Shown here one piece after another: positions 52,101 through 64,000 of a stretch of DNA of 64,000 bases (the first letter of the stretch is position 1; every line of letters starts with the position of its first letter). The stretch is from contig NC_087245.1 in NCBI RefSeq assembly GCF_037042905.1, forward strand, positions 33,482,001 to 33,546,000, written 5' to 3'. The notes under the pieces are model-generated. The model was not told the origin of the DNA. It searched no databases and saw only the letters and a program-made list of their open reading frames with translations. This stretch comes from Lytechinus pictus. Lineage: Eukaryota. Position numbers and translations under genes: made by a program.

Positions 52101-55100
52101 CACGGGGGCCCCCAGTTGAAGAGTGGAAAGGGGCCATAAATAACCTCAAGTAGATGATTTGTGATATCAAAATATAATTGAATATATAAATAGAAAATAT
52201 TTTCTCATTCAGCAGTGATAGCAAAAGCAAAACGCTAACAAAATAAACTTAAATCAAAGTACGACGAAGCATTCACACTTGGCTGTTTAATTAGTGAGAT
52301 TTTTTGTTGTTGTGGAGGCTAATATGGGTTTATTCTCACCGGTCGTTAAAGGCAACTGAGGTATATATTCAGTGGCAAGATCAGAAATCATATTCGTAGA
52401 AGTACCTTCAGGTTATTTTAAATTGAATAGAATAAAGCAAGAAAAAATGTTGGACATATATTTTCAATAAAAGAAACCCCATTGCTTATATTCCATGCAT
52501 TCAGAACATTTGGTTGTTATTTCACAAGATATCTTGTGCAATAACAACCAAATACAATAATGCACAGTTGGTCGTCAACAAACCCGAGTGTTCAGCTATC
52601 CTGTAAAATGTCTTCATTTGATAACGAATTATTGAAAAATCGAGCATCATTTCAAAGAATCAGAACTTTGTTAATCCTTGATATATATATTTTTAAATTT
52701 TGTTAAAAGCTGATGTGGAACTTTAAAGGAGAATGAAACCCTTGAAACCAGCTGAATCCATATCAAAGAGAAAAATCAAAGAAACATATTGTTGAAAGTT
52801 TGAGGAAGATTGAATGAATAATAAGAAAGTTATGAGCATTTGAATATTGAGATCACTAATGCCATGTAGATCCTCCCATTGGCAATGCGACCAAGATCTG
52901 TGATGTCACACACGTACAACCCCCTCATTACTTTAGTACTTATTTCACTTATATTCTCACTTTTATAGAGTCTATCACAAGGTGATGTGTTCTCTTTATG
53001 AGAGGACAAGTACAGAGGTTTCACAACATTATATCATTGATGAATCGTTTGTCATATGATTAGAATGAGCAAAAAGAGATGTTTTGGGGTATATTTTCAG
53101 TGTCCAAAAGGGGAGAGTTGTTCATCTGTGAGATCATAGATCTTGGTCGCATTGCCAATGGGAGGATCTCCATAGCATTAGTGATCTCGACATTCAAATG
53201 CTCATAACTCTTTTATTGCTAGTCCTATTTTACTCAAACTTTTGTTGATCTTATTCTTTGATTTTTCTGCTTTAACAAAAGCTAACTTGCTCCAAGAGTT
53301 TCATTCTCCTTTAAAGACGTGATGTTTCTTAAATTGTGTTGATACCGTCCGCCAAATTTCTTCATATTGTTTTACTCACTCATGGTGAATTTTTAATCAT
53401 GTAAGTAATACTAGATGAGAGGGAGAGACTAGAGAAGTAAGCTTAACAATGATTGGTCACAAGTCTATTTAAATTTGGGATATGACAAATCATCGATTGA
53501 TTATAGGTTTCAAATTTCTCAAATTTCTTAACGTATTTTACAACATTTACACGAAAGATTGTTACAAATATTAAAAAATTTCTCCCCTGAATTTTTGCAA
53601 TTTTGATACCATTTTTTTAAATACTGTTTTCCCTCCAGGACATCAAAAGCGACTCTTATACGCATTTTTTATACGACCGTGGTGTCTACCTTGCAATAGC
53701 ACCGCCCCTGAGCTTTTCCTAAACGAACGTGACAAATTTGAAGTGAATATGAAACCGAAAAGACCTGTCGATTGTATCAACATTTTCAATTATTCTTTGT
53801 ACTTATTGCTTCAAATTATTCTAACACATATTTAAGAAACCAACTCTCGACGTCTTACGTTTGCATCAGACAAAGATCATTGATCATTTCATAACTTTAT
53901 TCTAATTTAGGAATTATCATAGAATCGGAATCCACTATTAGCTTATTATCAACTAATTACATAGCAATATAGAGTTGTAGTAATACGTCTAAAAATAAAT
54001 CCACTGAGGTTTTCATGTGACTTCGCATATTTTCATAATTAGATTAAATATTTTCCGTCAAAACAATGACCATCGCTTAGTGGGGAAATGTTTGGGTAAA
54101 AACTAATAATTAAGTCGATCCGGCAACTAGTTATTAGTCCAAACTTCCAAGTCAATTCCTTTTATTAGCGAGGAAATTCCTTCACTATTATTAACAAGCC
54201 AACTTATTTTTTTTTTTCATCAAACTGGAGAGTGAAGCTTAAAATGGATAAAAAGCATGAGATAATTTCATAAGAGTACATACTTGTATCTCCATCAGGC
54301 AATGCAGTGGAACCTGTAGTTTTAAAGAAATATTACGAAATTTTCATGTTTTGGGGTAAATGTGAAATTCTAGAATAATGACCTTTTTATTATTGTTACA
54401 TTCAAGTTTGCTTTAAATGATTGGAAGTGCCATGGTTGGTATTATGATCCTTTGAGGTGAAATCACATAACGCTGGCAGGAAGTTACTGAAGCATTTCGT
54501 AGTTCAGGACTGAGGAAACAATTTCGTCATAAGGATTGCATGAAATAATGAAGAAATTGAAGAAACGAAATCCAATTGAATGAAGAGGGAGAATAACAAA
54601 CTCTCCTTTTCCAAATGAAATAGTGTTACATTCATATCAAGTCGTCTTGTTTTCCCAATCTCTTTTTAATTCAATTTTCTGAATAGGTCCCCCCCAAAAA
54701 AAAAATCAAAGTCAGCACTGATACTATATCAAATTGCGTAATAAGGCGAGACTGGCAGAGGCGTTCCATTTTTTCATTTTGGATATATCGACAAGGCAAT
54801 TTAAAATAAAACCAAACTGTAAAAAATTTAAGTAATGAAATTAAAAAACTGCCCTTGGAGGAAAACGCCTCGAAAATAAGGCCCTATCATTTGTTTGTTG
54901 TCGATAATTACCTTTTAATTCACAATTTGGAATCGAATCATTCCATATTGGATAGTATGGCGTTCCTCCTGGCACACACTGGATGGTTCCATTGCCTTTC
55001 AGGGTATATCCATCCATACAGGTAAGATGAACGATCGAACCAAACCATGTGATGATAGGATCCCATGATCCACCAATCGTGTCGTTGAGCTCTTCACAGA

Positions 55101-56699
55101 AACCTACAGAAGCTATGAAGAAAGTTCAACATGTCTTTGAATTTCTTATGACCAAAATGCGGTTCTCATATCTTACTCGAAGAAAAATTTAAAATGGTTG
55201 ACTATCTACTTTACAGATGATTGGAAAGGCAGATATAAGCTTGGTAGCAAATTGTCAGAAAAAACAACAACAAAAAACCCGTATACAAACCGTAATTCTT
55301 GTGATATCCTAAATTACGAAGCTGTCTAAAATTATAAAAGCTTAATTACTATCATAAATTGAGCAGGATAAATCAGAAGGAGCAGTTTGTATGATTTGGC
55401 AATAAAGTAGATTCGAATGAAAATTACAAAATGTATCTATGTATCCAATGTTTTGGATTCATAGATACATTTTGTAATTTCTAGTCGAATATTCTCTGAT
55501 ATGAATATTCATCGTGATGATGTAAAATGCATACCTTTTTTACCTACCATCATAAATTTCCACGTTTGATTCAAAAGGCGAATTATCGACACACTTTGAG
55601 ACATCATCAAGTTGGACCTCCGCAGATGGGGAACAAACACAATCCGTTTTATTCATGAGAGCGATAATTTTGATCCCATGTGTTTTACACAAGTGCATAC
55701 AATGTGCAGTTGATGAAAACGTATATGTGGACCTGTTCCGTAATTGGTTCGTTTGAAGCTTGTAACATCCTCTATATCCGGGCTCTATACAGAACACATG
55801 AGAATGCAAGAAACAATTAAACACAAAAGGTTACCCTACTCCCCTCTTTCATCTTTTGACCCACACTCACACCCCCTCAAAACCCATTCGAACTTTTCTG
55901 TTATTTCACTATCCACTGACATATATACTTTACTTTGTATGTGCCGTTTCCTTATCCCCACCCCCCGCCCACTCTTTCTTGTAATAGCTATTATTCAAGA
56001 AGTTCAGGCTGTTTCCTTCCATTGAAAGTAAAAAAATACGTATACACTGAGTAATATTATTCCTATTATGGATTTGGTAAAACTGTTTATTTTGTGAATT
56101 AATAGGAGCAGTCGTAAATGGTAGGCCTATACATACATATCCGTCTCAGTCCATCTTGCTTCAGTTGTATCTCAGGGAAGATCTGAAATAAAATACAATC
56201 ATCTTGTACAAAAGGAATCCGATATAAAGAGAGAAATCTTCACTTACCGTGACATTTTATGTTCACAACCTGGTCAGATTCGCAGCTTGAATACTTGAAT
56301 GTGCAATCAACCAAACGATACGTATCTGTGTTTATAGGTCACCAGGAAAGATTAAAAAAAGATGTTTAGAATATATTGCACTGAAATCCAACATTGTTGG
56401 GGATAAAGTCTTGCTGTTAAAACACTAAAACAGATGAAGAAGGGGCACATACTTACACTCTCTGCAACTTGGAGCTCTTGTACAGTTTTGTGTAAGATTG
56501 TCCGAAAGACATGTCCCATTCAGAAAGATGATATCTTTGACACCAGGATAGCCAAGCTCTCCACAAATTACTTCTGCTACCCTTTCCGGTAGGATTTCCT
56601 CGCAGACTCTCGTCCATCTACCTAATGATGTCGATAGTTCGAGAAATCCCTCTGACGGTGTGAGACCACCATTTAAACGAACTGATGCATTGTCTTCCG
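37328..56699 (-). CDS. 5'-partial type-I membrane receptor: SRCR + WSC + Sushi/CCP + stalk + TM + Tyr-rich tail; complement(join(37328..38474,38820..38841,43859..43882,45568..45608,47820..47904,52340..52405,54284..54313,54912..55112,55548..55784,56248..56325,56457..56699))
   Basis: Eleven GT-AG exons with compatible phases give about 723 aa of open frame. Domains were recognised from their Cys/Trp patterns. The signal-peptide exon(s) were not found in the window. Confidence 0.8.
38820..38841 (-). CDS. Receptor 22-nt microexon (DLTLRLSG)
   Basis: cctcacaag acceptor, GTAAGA donor, phase 1-2; restores the frame of the last exon. Confidence 0.5.
40282..43070. mobile_element. 2.8-kb foldback non-autonomous DNA transposon (Academ-like)
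   Basis: TAG...CTA termini (TAGTCCAGGATAG / CTATCCTGGACTA), a 3-bp TAG direct repeat on both flanks, several hundred bp of near-perfect inverted arms, and internal repeats of about 190 bp. Confidence 0.8.
43315..43449. mobile_element. MITE with CWG-type ends
   Basis: CTGGGGCCCGTAACACAAA / TTTGTGTTATGGGACCCAG. Confidence 0.65.
43859..43882 (-). CDS. Receptor 24-nt microexon (SETGRVQI)
   Basis: ttttaaag acceptor, GTAAGG donor, phase 1-1. Confidence 0.55.
44893..45383. mobile_element. MITE built of TTCCGAA/TTCGGA short repeats
   Basis: TIR CGGTTACACTTCGTAATTCCGAAG / CTTCGGAATTACGAATGTATGCG; perfect 8-bp TSD ACTGTTGT. A truncated copy lies at about 61125-61260. Confidence 0.82.
45568..45608 (-). 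CDS. Receptor 41-nt microexon (CSWIIYRTICAESQ)
   Basis: Pyrimidine tract with ctag acceptor, GTAAGC donor, phase 2-1. Confidence 0.6.
46511..47556 (-). mobile_element. Helentron/DINE-like element, inverted paralog of 28499-29355
   Basis: Ends AAACAAGTGGAACGCC...GCAGGCGAGACAAAAA; tandem TGACCTTTGACCTTGGTCATGTGACC units. A 3'-end fragment also occurs at about 54705-54770. Confidence 0.72.
47820..47904 (-). CDS. Receptor transmembrane exon (QIYATVIPVVLVSLVLLCC)
   Basis: ttgcag acceptor, GTATGT donor, hydrophobic helix. Confidence 0.82.
49352..49920. mobile_element. TTAA-TSD MITE (Kolobok-like)
   Basis: TTAA|AGGGATGCTC ... GAGCATCCCTTAA; related rearranged pieces at about 790-1360. Confidence 0.7.
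52340..52405 (-). CDS. Receptor S/T/P stalk exon (STSTNMISDLATEYIPQLPLTT)
   Basis: GTGAGA donor, phase 1-1, open frame. Confidence 0.6.
52727..53310. mobile_element. TTAA-TSD MITE (Kolobok-like)
   Basis: TTAA|AGGAGAATGAAAC ... GTTTCATTCTCCT|TTAA; long inverted arms. Confidence 0.82.
54284..54313 (-). CDS. Receptor 30-nt stalk exon (GSTALPDGDT)
   Basis: ctacag acceptor, GTATGT donor, phase 1-1. Confidence 0.65.
54912..55112 (-). CDS. Receptor exon: Sushi/CCP domain
   Basis: FCEEL...FGSIVHLTCMDGYTLKGNGTIQC...WNDSIPNC has the 4 Cys and conserved Trp. An alternative in-frame acceptor would start the exon at 55103. Confidence 0.88.
55548..55784 (-). CDS. Receptor exon: WSC-like domain
   Basis: PGYRGCY...HCMHLCKTHG..IIAL...CVCS...IYD follows the WSC YxGCY...C...C...CxC pattern. 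Confidence 0.85.
56248..56325 (-). CDS. Receptor exon: C-terminal part of the SRCR domain
   Basis: YTYRLVDCTFKYSSCESDQVVNIKCH; phase 1-1, GTAAGT donor. Confidence 0.85.
56457..56699 (-). CDS. Receptor exon: N-terminal part of a divergent SRCR domain
   Basis: VRLNGGLTPSEGFLEL...WTRVCE...AEVICGELGYPG matches the SRCR VRL-GG-x-EG-x-E...W..VC...A.V.C.QLGY pattern; GTAAGT donor. Confidence 0.88.
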
Positions 56700-57601
56700 C
56701 TTAAAAAAATAAGTCCATAACAAAGGTGTAGGATCAAATAAAAAATATTAGAAATAAAAGGGGAAAGAAGACGAACATAACATATGCAATTTACTTATTT
56801 TTACAGTTCATTATACAATATCATTAGTATACGTAAATTTTGAATTTCTCTCGTGCATTCATATTTCATAAACGCACGGAGAAATTTGAAATCTATGGGT
56901 ACTCATATTATGGTATATTGAACTCCATAGCATGCACTCTATGTATAATATTATGTTATATTTTGGTGTAATTCTAAAAATATCAGCATGCGCTTGGCGC
57001 TCGTATTACATTTCTATGGTGAGATATGGATGCTCATGAATTCCTAAAAAATAGTTCTTAAACTGCCCATTTCTTCTGGTCTGAATATAAAAAAAATTCA
57101 GCTTACCCGTCGCGCTCACATCATTTGGTATACATAATGCTAAGTTCACACCAACGGCGAATGCCGCGCTTTAAATCGGCGATCAATTCGGCGTCATTTT
57201 TGTTTACTTTTCAAAAATTTCACGATCTCCTCAGATATGTTATGCTCTGATAAGCTCTGACACGCTCTAATACGAAGTTCGTTCCCGCTTTGGGCGACAA
57301 ATTATTTGCCGAATCGCTACGGCTTCTCACGCTTTGATGCCGATTGATCATGATTTATTACACTTTAAATCACGCTTTCATATGCTTTATTACTCTTTCA
57401 TAAGCTTTGATGCGCTTATCACGCTTTAAATGACGCTCTGATACGATTATCAAGCTCTCTTGTGCATTGATAGGCTCTGTTAAGCTCTGTTACGCAATGA
57501 CAAAATTCGAGATTCTAATTTCATCCCGCCTCTGATCCAGAGTATATATAAAGATGCAGCAGATACACGAAATCATTGCATCTTAGGCAGAAGAACAAGA
57601 T

Positions 57602-58770
57602 ATGGAAGTTCAATATGTACCAGAGTATGAACCATCTTATGATGTAGACATGACCTTTGTCTCCCTGCTATATTACTACATCCTAGCCCTCGAGGCAGAG
57701 GAGAGAGAGGAAGAACAGCAAAGACAAGAGGAGATTGAACAACCAGCAGGAGGGAGAAGACCATTCATCAGGTGCTGCTGGACCAGGCCATGGCTCACTG
57801 AAGAAAGAAGACAGCAGTATGGCCAGTACGCTATCCTCTTGGACACACAACTGAGGTTGCGAGAGTGGCACCAGTCATCCAGAAGCAAGAGACTAACTAC
57901 AGGTACCCTTTGTCAGCTGACCACAAACTGGCAGTCACCTTAAGACATCTGGCCACTGGGGACAACTACAGATCACTGGCATATGGTTTCAGATGTGGTA
58001 TCTCAACCATATCAGAGTTGATTCCAGGAGTGTGCAGGGCCATTCAACATACCTACCACCCCTGAAGCATGGAGCACCCTTGCCCAGCAGTTTAAACAGA
58101 GAATATCCCCCATGCAATGGGTGCCTTGGATGGAAAGCACATAGCCATTAAGAAGCCAGGAACACAGGCAGTCTCTACTACAACTACAAGGGGTTCTTCT
58201 CTATACCTCTGCTGGCATTGGTAGATGCAGAGTACAAGTTCATCTGGATTGAGCTGGGAGGTAAAGGACACATGTCTGACTCCCAGATATTCACAGACTA
58301 TTCCCTACTTCATGCTGGGTGACGATGCTTTTGCCCTGAAGATCTACATGATGAAGCCATACAGTAGAAGAGGGATGACAGATGAACAGAGGATCTGCAA
58401 CTCCAGGATCTCAAGGGGGAGAAGAGTGGTGAAGAATGCCTTTGGCATCATGGCCAACAGGTTCCGGTGCCTGTTGGGAACACTGGAACAGAAGGTAGAT
58501 AACGTCAGATATTTGGTAGAGACTGCTGTGGTGCTCCACAACCTGCTGAGGAAGAGGGTGGCGCTGGCAGCCAATGCGGTGGACCGCGAAGATGAAGAGC
58601 ACAACTTCGCACCAGGGGCCTGGAGAGATGGACCTCACTGGGAAGATGTTCCGAAACCACCTGCAAGGGGGAACCTCGCCACTGTGGATGCCAGACATCA
58701 GAGAGATCATCTCAGAGAATACTTCGTCTCTCCAGTGGGTGCTGTTGACTGGCAACAAAGAATGGCGGGG
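57602..58770 (+). pseudogene. Harbinger DDE transposase (DDE_Tnp_4/HARBI1-like), frameshifted
   Basis: Motifs [59 protein letters not shown] and RRVVKNAFG (expected catalytic E reads K), spread across several frames. Confidence 0.92.
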
Positions 58771-59423
58771 GGGGGGGGGTACTTCCTGATTGAGTTAAGA
58801 AAGGAGTGGCTCAGGTATCGTCAGAAGCAGATGATGAAGATAAAGACTTTTGTGTCTGGAAATAAGAACATTCTCCCATATGCACACTTTGTTTATTTGT
58901 AATATAATTTTGAAATAATTCTTGTATTATGTGTACTTGTGAAGATATTATTATTGATGTTATTGTTGCTGTTATGTATTTCATCTGCTTGTAAAAAATA
59001 TGAATAAAGACTTTATTGATTTTTTACCCATGAAAAATCAGATAATACTTCTATTGTAAATCAGGAGTGAACATTTAAAGGAATCAAGTTGCAGAATTTG
59101 AAATTTAGATATGTGCGATAAAATATCTTAAAAATACGCAATTTTTGTTAAACTGATTATTACAAATTATTAGAAATTGATTTTCTTACTAATGAAAAAA
59201 TTAGTAAGAAAATCAATTTTATATGTGAGATAAATAACCCTTATTGTAACAGAAAAAATTAAACAAAGGAAATAAAATATAAACATTATAAAATTCAAAA
59301 AATGAAATATAATAAAAAAAATAAATAGAAAAAACTTTGTGGAAAACTCAGAGTTTTCAACAGAGTTTTTCTATTTTTAAAAAATATAATTCTATTGCCT
59401 TTTCTATTTTATTATGTTTTATA

Positions 59424-59827
59424 CAGGGTGTCCCGTAAAAAAATGCCCGGTACACTTCCGGTCGTTTTTTTTGTTTCATTATTTTTTGTTTCATTGAAGA
59501 GACCAACTCTTCATTTAGTAACTGATCCAAAATACCCAACAAATTCAGTTGTTTTTGTGTTATAATACTTCTTGCAAAGGTCTGTAAGCGGTAAAAATCA
59601 GGCTGAACGAACCCTTAACTGTAGGGCCTATGGGCAAATTATCAAAAGTACATGATTTTACTGCTTGCATCCCTTTGCAAAAAGTGTATGAAAATAAAAA
59701 CTACCAAATCATATTTCGTAAAGTTTTGGTCAGTAACTTATAAAATGCTGCCCTTTCCAATGATATCGAAATTGTTGCGCATTCCGGACCAGAAGTGTGA
59801 CGGGCATTTTTTTTGTAGGACACTTTG
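59424..59827. mobile_element. Tc1/mariner-type MITE nested in the Harbinger
   Basis: TA|CAGGGTGTCCCGTAAAAAAATGCCCG ... CGGGCATTTTTTTTGTAGGACACTTTG|TA. Confidence 0.75.
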
Positions 59828-61264
59828 TATTTTTATTTCTTTTTGTTTTATTTTTTTCCTCTTTTTTGGTTGGGGGATTTGTGTGTATTTTGTATTGTTT
59901 ACATTATTTTAGTTTAATATGTTCTATTTTTTTTATTACATTTTATTATAAAATGCTTTTTTTTATTAACATATTCTCTTTTACTATTACATGGAACATG
60001 TTATCACTATGTACAAAAAGCATAAAACTTAACAAAACAAAATATTTATCAGCTTTTACATTTTTTTTCTTAAAATAATGCATCCAACTTTAGGCCCAAA
60101 ACCATTAAAAATGTACAATTCGGGTTTCGTGATTTTTTCAAAACCATTCTGACTACGAAAAAATGCAAGAGAATACACTGAATTTCAACTTAAAAAAAGG
60201 GGGGGGGGGCAAGAAATGTTGCAAACTTTGAATTTTTCTGAAATTTGAAGCTGAACATGCACATGTAACTCTGTAACTTACGTTACTGCGCTTATTTTTC
60301 TTTGACCATAATCATTCTGTTAAGGGATGGATAATGAGACTATCCTTCGTTTGTTGGATAGTTTCGAAGATATGACTATTCTTATTTCAATGTTTCTACT
60401 ATTTTTTCATTCATTTGATGAGTTACTGTAACCATGAATTAAGATATTGATAGATATGATGGAGGTTGTTAACTATGTAAAGTTAGACTGTTCCTATTAT
60501 TATTTTGATTCGTACACATAAAACTTACAGATAACTGCCAAATGCTTTTAGATGGATTTGTGTTTTCTCAAATGGATTTCTCAAAGAATCTCTGTCACCA
60601 CATGACAAAAGAAATAGTTACTGTTTAAACCTTGGTAACGTTTGTTACGCATATGAGTCACGTATGTTACATATATTAAACTCGAAAAAGAAGATAAATT
60701 GGTGAAAGAGCGTACAAAGTGGGGTCACCGCTTTGAACCAAGCTCTCTTAAACTCTGTTAAGCTTTCCTACGACTTTGTTAAGCTTTGTGACGCTTTGAT
60801 AAGCTTTAATACGCTCTCCCCGCTTTACGCAATCCGTGACAGATCGCTTCATATTTTTAAACGTTTAAAAATTGTTGGTGCTCTTGCCGAATGTCCCGAA
60901 TTGCTCAAAGCTTTCTCATGCTCTCTTACAGTCTTTACGCTTTAATTAAGCTTTGTTACGCTTAGCCGCCGCTTTGCACGCCGCTTTAAAGCGCCGTTGG
61001 TGTGAACTTAGCATAAGGTCTTGATGAATTCCGACATAAAAGCCATAGAATGCCCCTCTTCAGGTCTGAATATAAAACATTTTCAGCTCGCGCTTCGCGC
61101 TCGCAATATTTGATTAGAGAGATACGGGTTACACTTCGTAATTCCGAAGATTCGTTATTCCCAAGGTTCGTAATTCCAAAACGCGTAAATTGCCTATACC
61201 TCGATGTTCGTTAATCCGAAAATGAAAAAGGGTTCGTTATTCCGAAGGTTCGACAATCCAAAAG

Positions 61265-63350
61265 CCTTGAACCTTGAAGAGTAATCCTTTCCAGCAGCTT
61301 CAAAGCTATCCCGGGATGAAAACATTCTGTGTATCAGCGCGAGGTGCCATGCTGAGGTAATTTGAAATTTCACCTCTATACATTAAAAGTGAGTGTGCAC
61401 CGTGCAAGTAAAAAGAGCCTCTTGGTTTACAGCATAAGACTTAGAGACCCAACAGGAGGCTGCATCGCGCGGATGAATGGCAGTGCGACCTCTCTAAATA
61501 CAGCTCGGTTTGTTCCTATTACAACAGGTCCTGGTAGGTGATTCCAAATTTTGACGTACGTGGGAAGAAAGAGAACTTGTATGCATCAGTGGTTGCTTTC
61601 GGGATAGCATATTTAAGGCTGTGATCATGTCGTCCAATATATATGGCAGGACCAATGGTAGGAGGAAAAGGTACAGCAACTAGACGATGATGAATTTTAT
61701 GGAAGAGGGTACACTGAGCAATAAGAGAGACTATCCCATCCGAGTGCAGATACAAGGGCTGAGGAAGATGTTGAGGTCCTTTAGACACCCTGTACAAAGC
61801 GAGCAGCTGATCTTTGCACTTTTTCAATTGAGCTAACAAACTGTATGCGGGTTCCATGCCTCTGATGCATATTCCTATTGTGGACGGACCAATGCAGTGT
61901 AGGCTCTGGCTTTCACCTCTTTGGTACATGGTGACAGTCCTAAAGTACGACTTGCTTTGTGTCTGATGTTCTGGCAGTCCTTATTCCAACGTAAATCAGC
62001 AGTGATCGTCACACCTAGGTACTTGTATTCACTTGCTCTTGGTATAAGATCATTGCAGAGAGAGTAATCACATAAGCCAGGCACACATTTTCAAGTTATT
62101 GGTAGAACTGCACACTTCTTCAAATTAAAAATCATCAACCAGGTTGAAGACCAATTGGATAGTTGCTGGAGATCCTGTTGAAGAATGTGATGGTCCATAC
62201 TTTTGGAAATATCTCTATAAATAACACAGTCATCAGCAAATAGCCTCATACTTTACCTTTTCTGATCTTGGATGTCATTTATTAATAACAGAAAGAGAGT
62301 CGGGCCGATCACAGAGCCTTGCGGCACTCCAGAAGTGACACTTTTCCATTGTGACTTGGTTCCGTCAACTACCACAGCTTGTCGTCTGTTGTTAAGGAAT
62401 GACATGATCCAGTTGAGCGTATCACCTGTGATGCCATAATACAGGAGCTTTGAGTGTAACCGTTGGTGAGGTACTCTGTCAAAAGCCTTCTGGAAATCCA
62501 AAAAGATAGCATCAACTTGTTCTTACTTCTTGATGACAGAGGTCCAGTCATCAATTGCTGACGTTAGTTGGGTGACCATTCAGAGTCCTTATCGGAATCC
62601 ATGCTGTGCATCTGTCAGGATATTATTAGATGCAAGGTGCTTTGAGACATGACTAAGGACAACATGCTCCATGATGTTACAGCATATACATGTGAGTGAA
62701 ATAGGGCGATACTGTGAAGGTTCACTCTTGTCACCTGACTTGTGTACTTGGGCAACAAGTGCTTGTCTCCAGTGTGATGGGGTAACACCAGAGTTGCAGC
62801 TCTGCTGGTACAAGAAAGAGAGGGCAGGAGATATTTCTTGGGATACAAGTTTCAGGAGTCTTGGTGGGATTTCATCTGGATCACATGTTTTGGAGGGATT
62901 CAGCTGTCTCAACTGCTTTTCCACATCAGTCCTATGGAAATGTAGGTGCCCTATTGGTGGGTATTGAGAATTATCTTTAGATGGCAATGTTTGACTACTT
63001 TCTAGAGTGAACGTTGACTGAAGATGGTCATTAAGGGCCTCTGCCTTTTATTTGGTTGTAGCACACATCTTGGTAGTTGTGCGTAGATATGGTATTCAAA
63101 GGAATTCAGAGCGGCAGCTTTTGATGTATGACCAAAAGTTTTTGGGGTTTTCAACAAGACTGGTTCCAATGATGTTGTTCACGTAGTCAGAATGAGCCCT
63201 GTTAATAAGCTTAGCCACATGATTCCTGAATCTTCTGTAGATTTCCCAAGCAGCAGTACTAGGCTGTCGTCGTGCTCTTTTAAAAAGCCTGTCTCTTTTC
63301 AAATATCAGTGGTAATCCATGGTAGATTTTGCTTTCCTTGATCTTTGACA
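61265..63350 (-). pseudogene. 5'-truncated non-LTR retrotransposon (CR1/L2-group-like RT), frameshifted
   Basis: Motifs YRPISLTCICC, QHGFR, DFQKAFDRVPH, GVPQGSVIGP, RLFADD, YKYLGVTI and YKFSFFPRT; (TTCAAGG)n 3' tail at about 61265-61280. Confidence 0.9.
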
Positions 63351-64000
63351 AACATTTATTTGTTTGGTATTATTTATACAGGGTAACCCCATCAGTAGTC
63401 AAATACTGTTGTACTTGGGGGCCCTGTATAACTTAAAACAAAACAAAATACAAGCATATATACAATACAAATGGAAAATACAAATCCTGAACATAAACAG
63501 ATGGAAATTTCAGTCATAAATCTAATAACATAAAATTGTGTATGAAATTTAGAACAATAATTTACAGAGCTACAAGCTGAAAGCAATAGGGGAAAGAAAG
63601 ATAGAAAGTAAGGATGAGTTGAGGTAAAAAGAACACGGCAGAGAGCTAGAGCGGGAGAAGAAGTTACATCACCATTTACACTATAATGCAATATTATAAT
63701 AATATCTGTCAGTTCTTAGCTGCATGGATCCAGATTTAACATACCAGATCGACCGCGGCCAGGGACCAACCGAACTCTAGACCTACCTTCAAATCAAAAC
63801 CCAAAAGAATTCAAGAAAAAAAGTAAAAACCAAAACAAACACCTAATGAATCCCAAACCCGGGAGGTCACCGACCACAGCTATCCAGAAGCAGTCCTGGG
63901 TCAATGAAGTTTGTAGTGAAACAAGGTAAGAAAAAGGACAAAGATTGTCGTGTACAATAGTCCCAAAATACAATTCTTGCTTATATATTAAACTGGGTGT

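Larger units (their letters stand above)
57138..61013 (+). mobile_element. PIF/Harbinger DNA transposon (3876 bp), defective
   Basis: Perfect 22-bp TIR TGCTAAGTTCACACCAACGGCG; TAA TSD at 57135-57137 and 61014-61016; subterminal (A/C)GCT(C/T)T repeats at both ends. Confidence 0.92.

Noticed and set aside
57602..58902. Domesticated HARBI1-like host gene
   Set aside because: It is frameshifted, the catalytic E is replaced by K, and it is still enclosed by TIRs and a TSD.

Overview
This is AT-rich, intron- and repeat-rich animal genomic DNA; the repeat and receptor types suggest an invertebrate deuterostome such as a sea urchin (inference). Three spliced genes can be read directly. (1) A complete Cyclin Y gene (CCNY) lies on the + strand: 8 coding exons at 4471-22555, 347 aa, plus a probable 5'UTR exon ending at 2302. 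(2) The first coding exon of an unidentified minus-strand gene (ATG at 218) sits head-to-head with CCNY. (3) A 5'-incomplete minus-strand type-I membrane receptor spans 37328-56699, with 11 exons encoding SRCR - WSC - Sushi/CCP - S/T stalk - TM - three microexons - a long Tyr-motif cytoplasmic tail. The rest is mostly transposons: a decayed PIF/Harbinger with intact TIRs and TAA TSD, a 2.8-kb foldback (Academ-like) element, many MITEs, Helentron-like repeats, tRNA-derived SINE sequence and LINE remnants. The most notable unexplained signals are: a roughly 30-fold excess of TACATGTA 6-bp insertion footprints confined to the CCNY locus; a TSD-flanked palindrome containing a tRNA-like sequence in the receptor 3'UTR; and a frame-coupled microexon cassette that could switch the receptor tail. 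All counts and alignments were done by eye, and no database searches were run.
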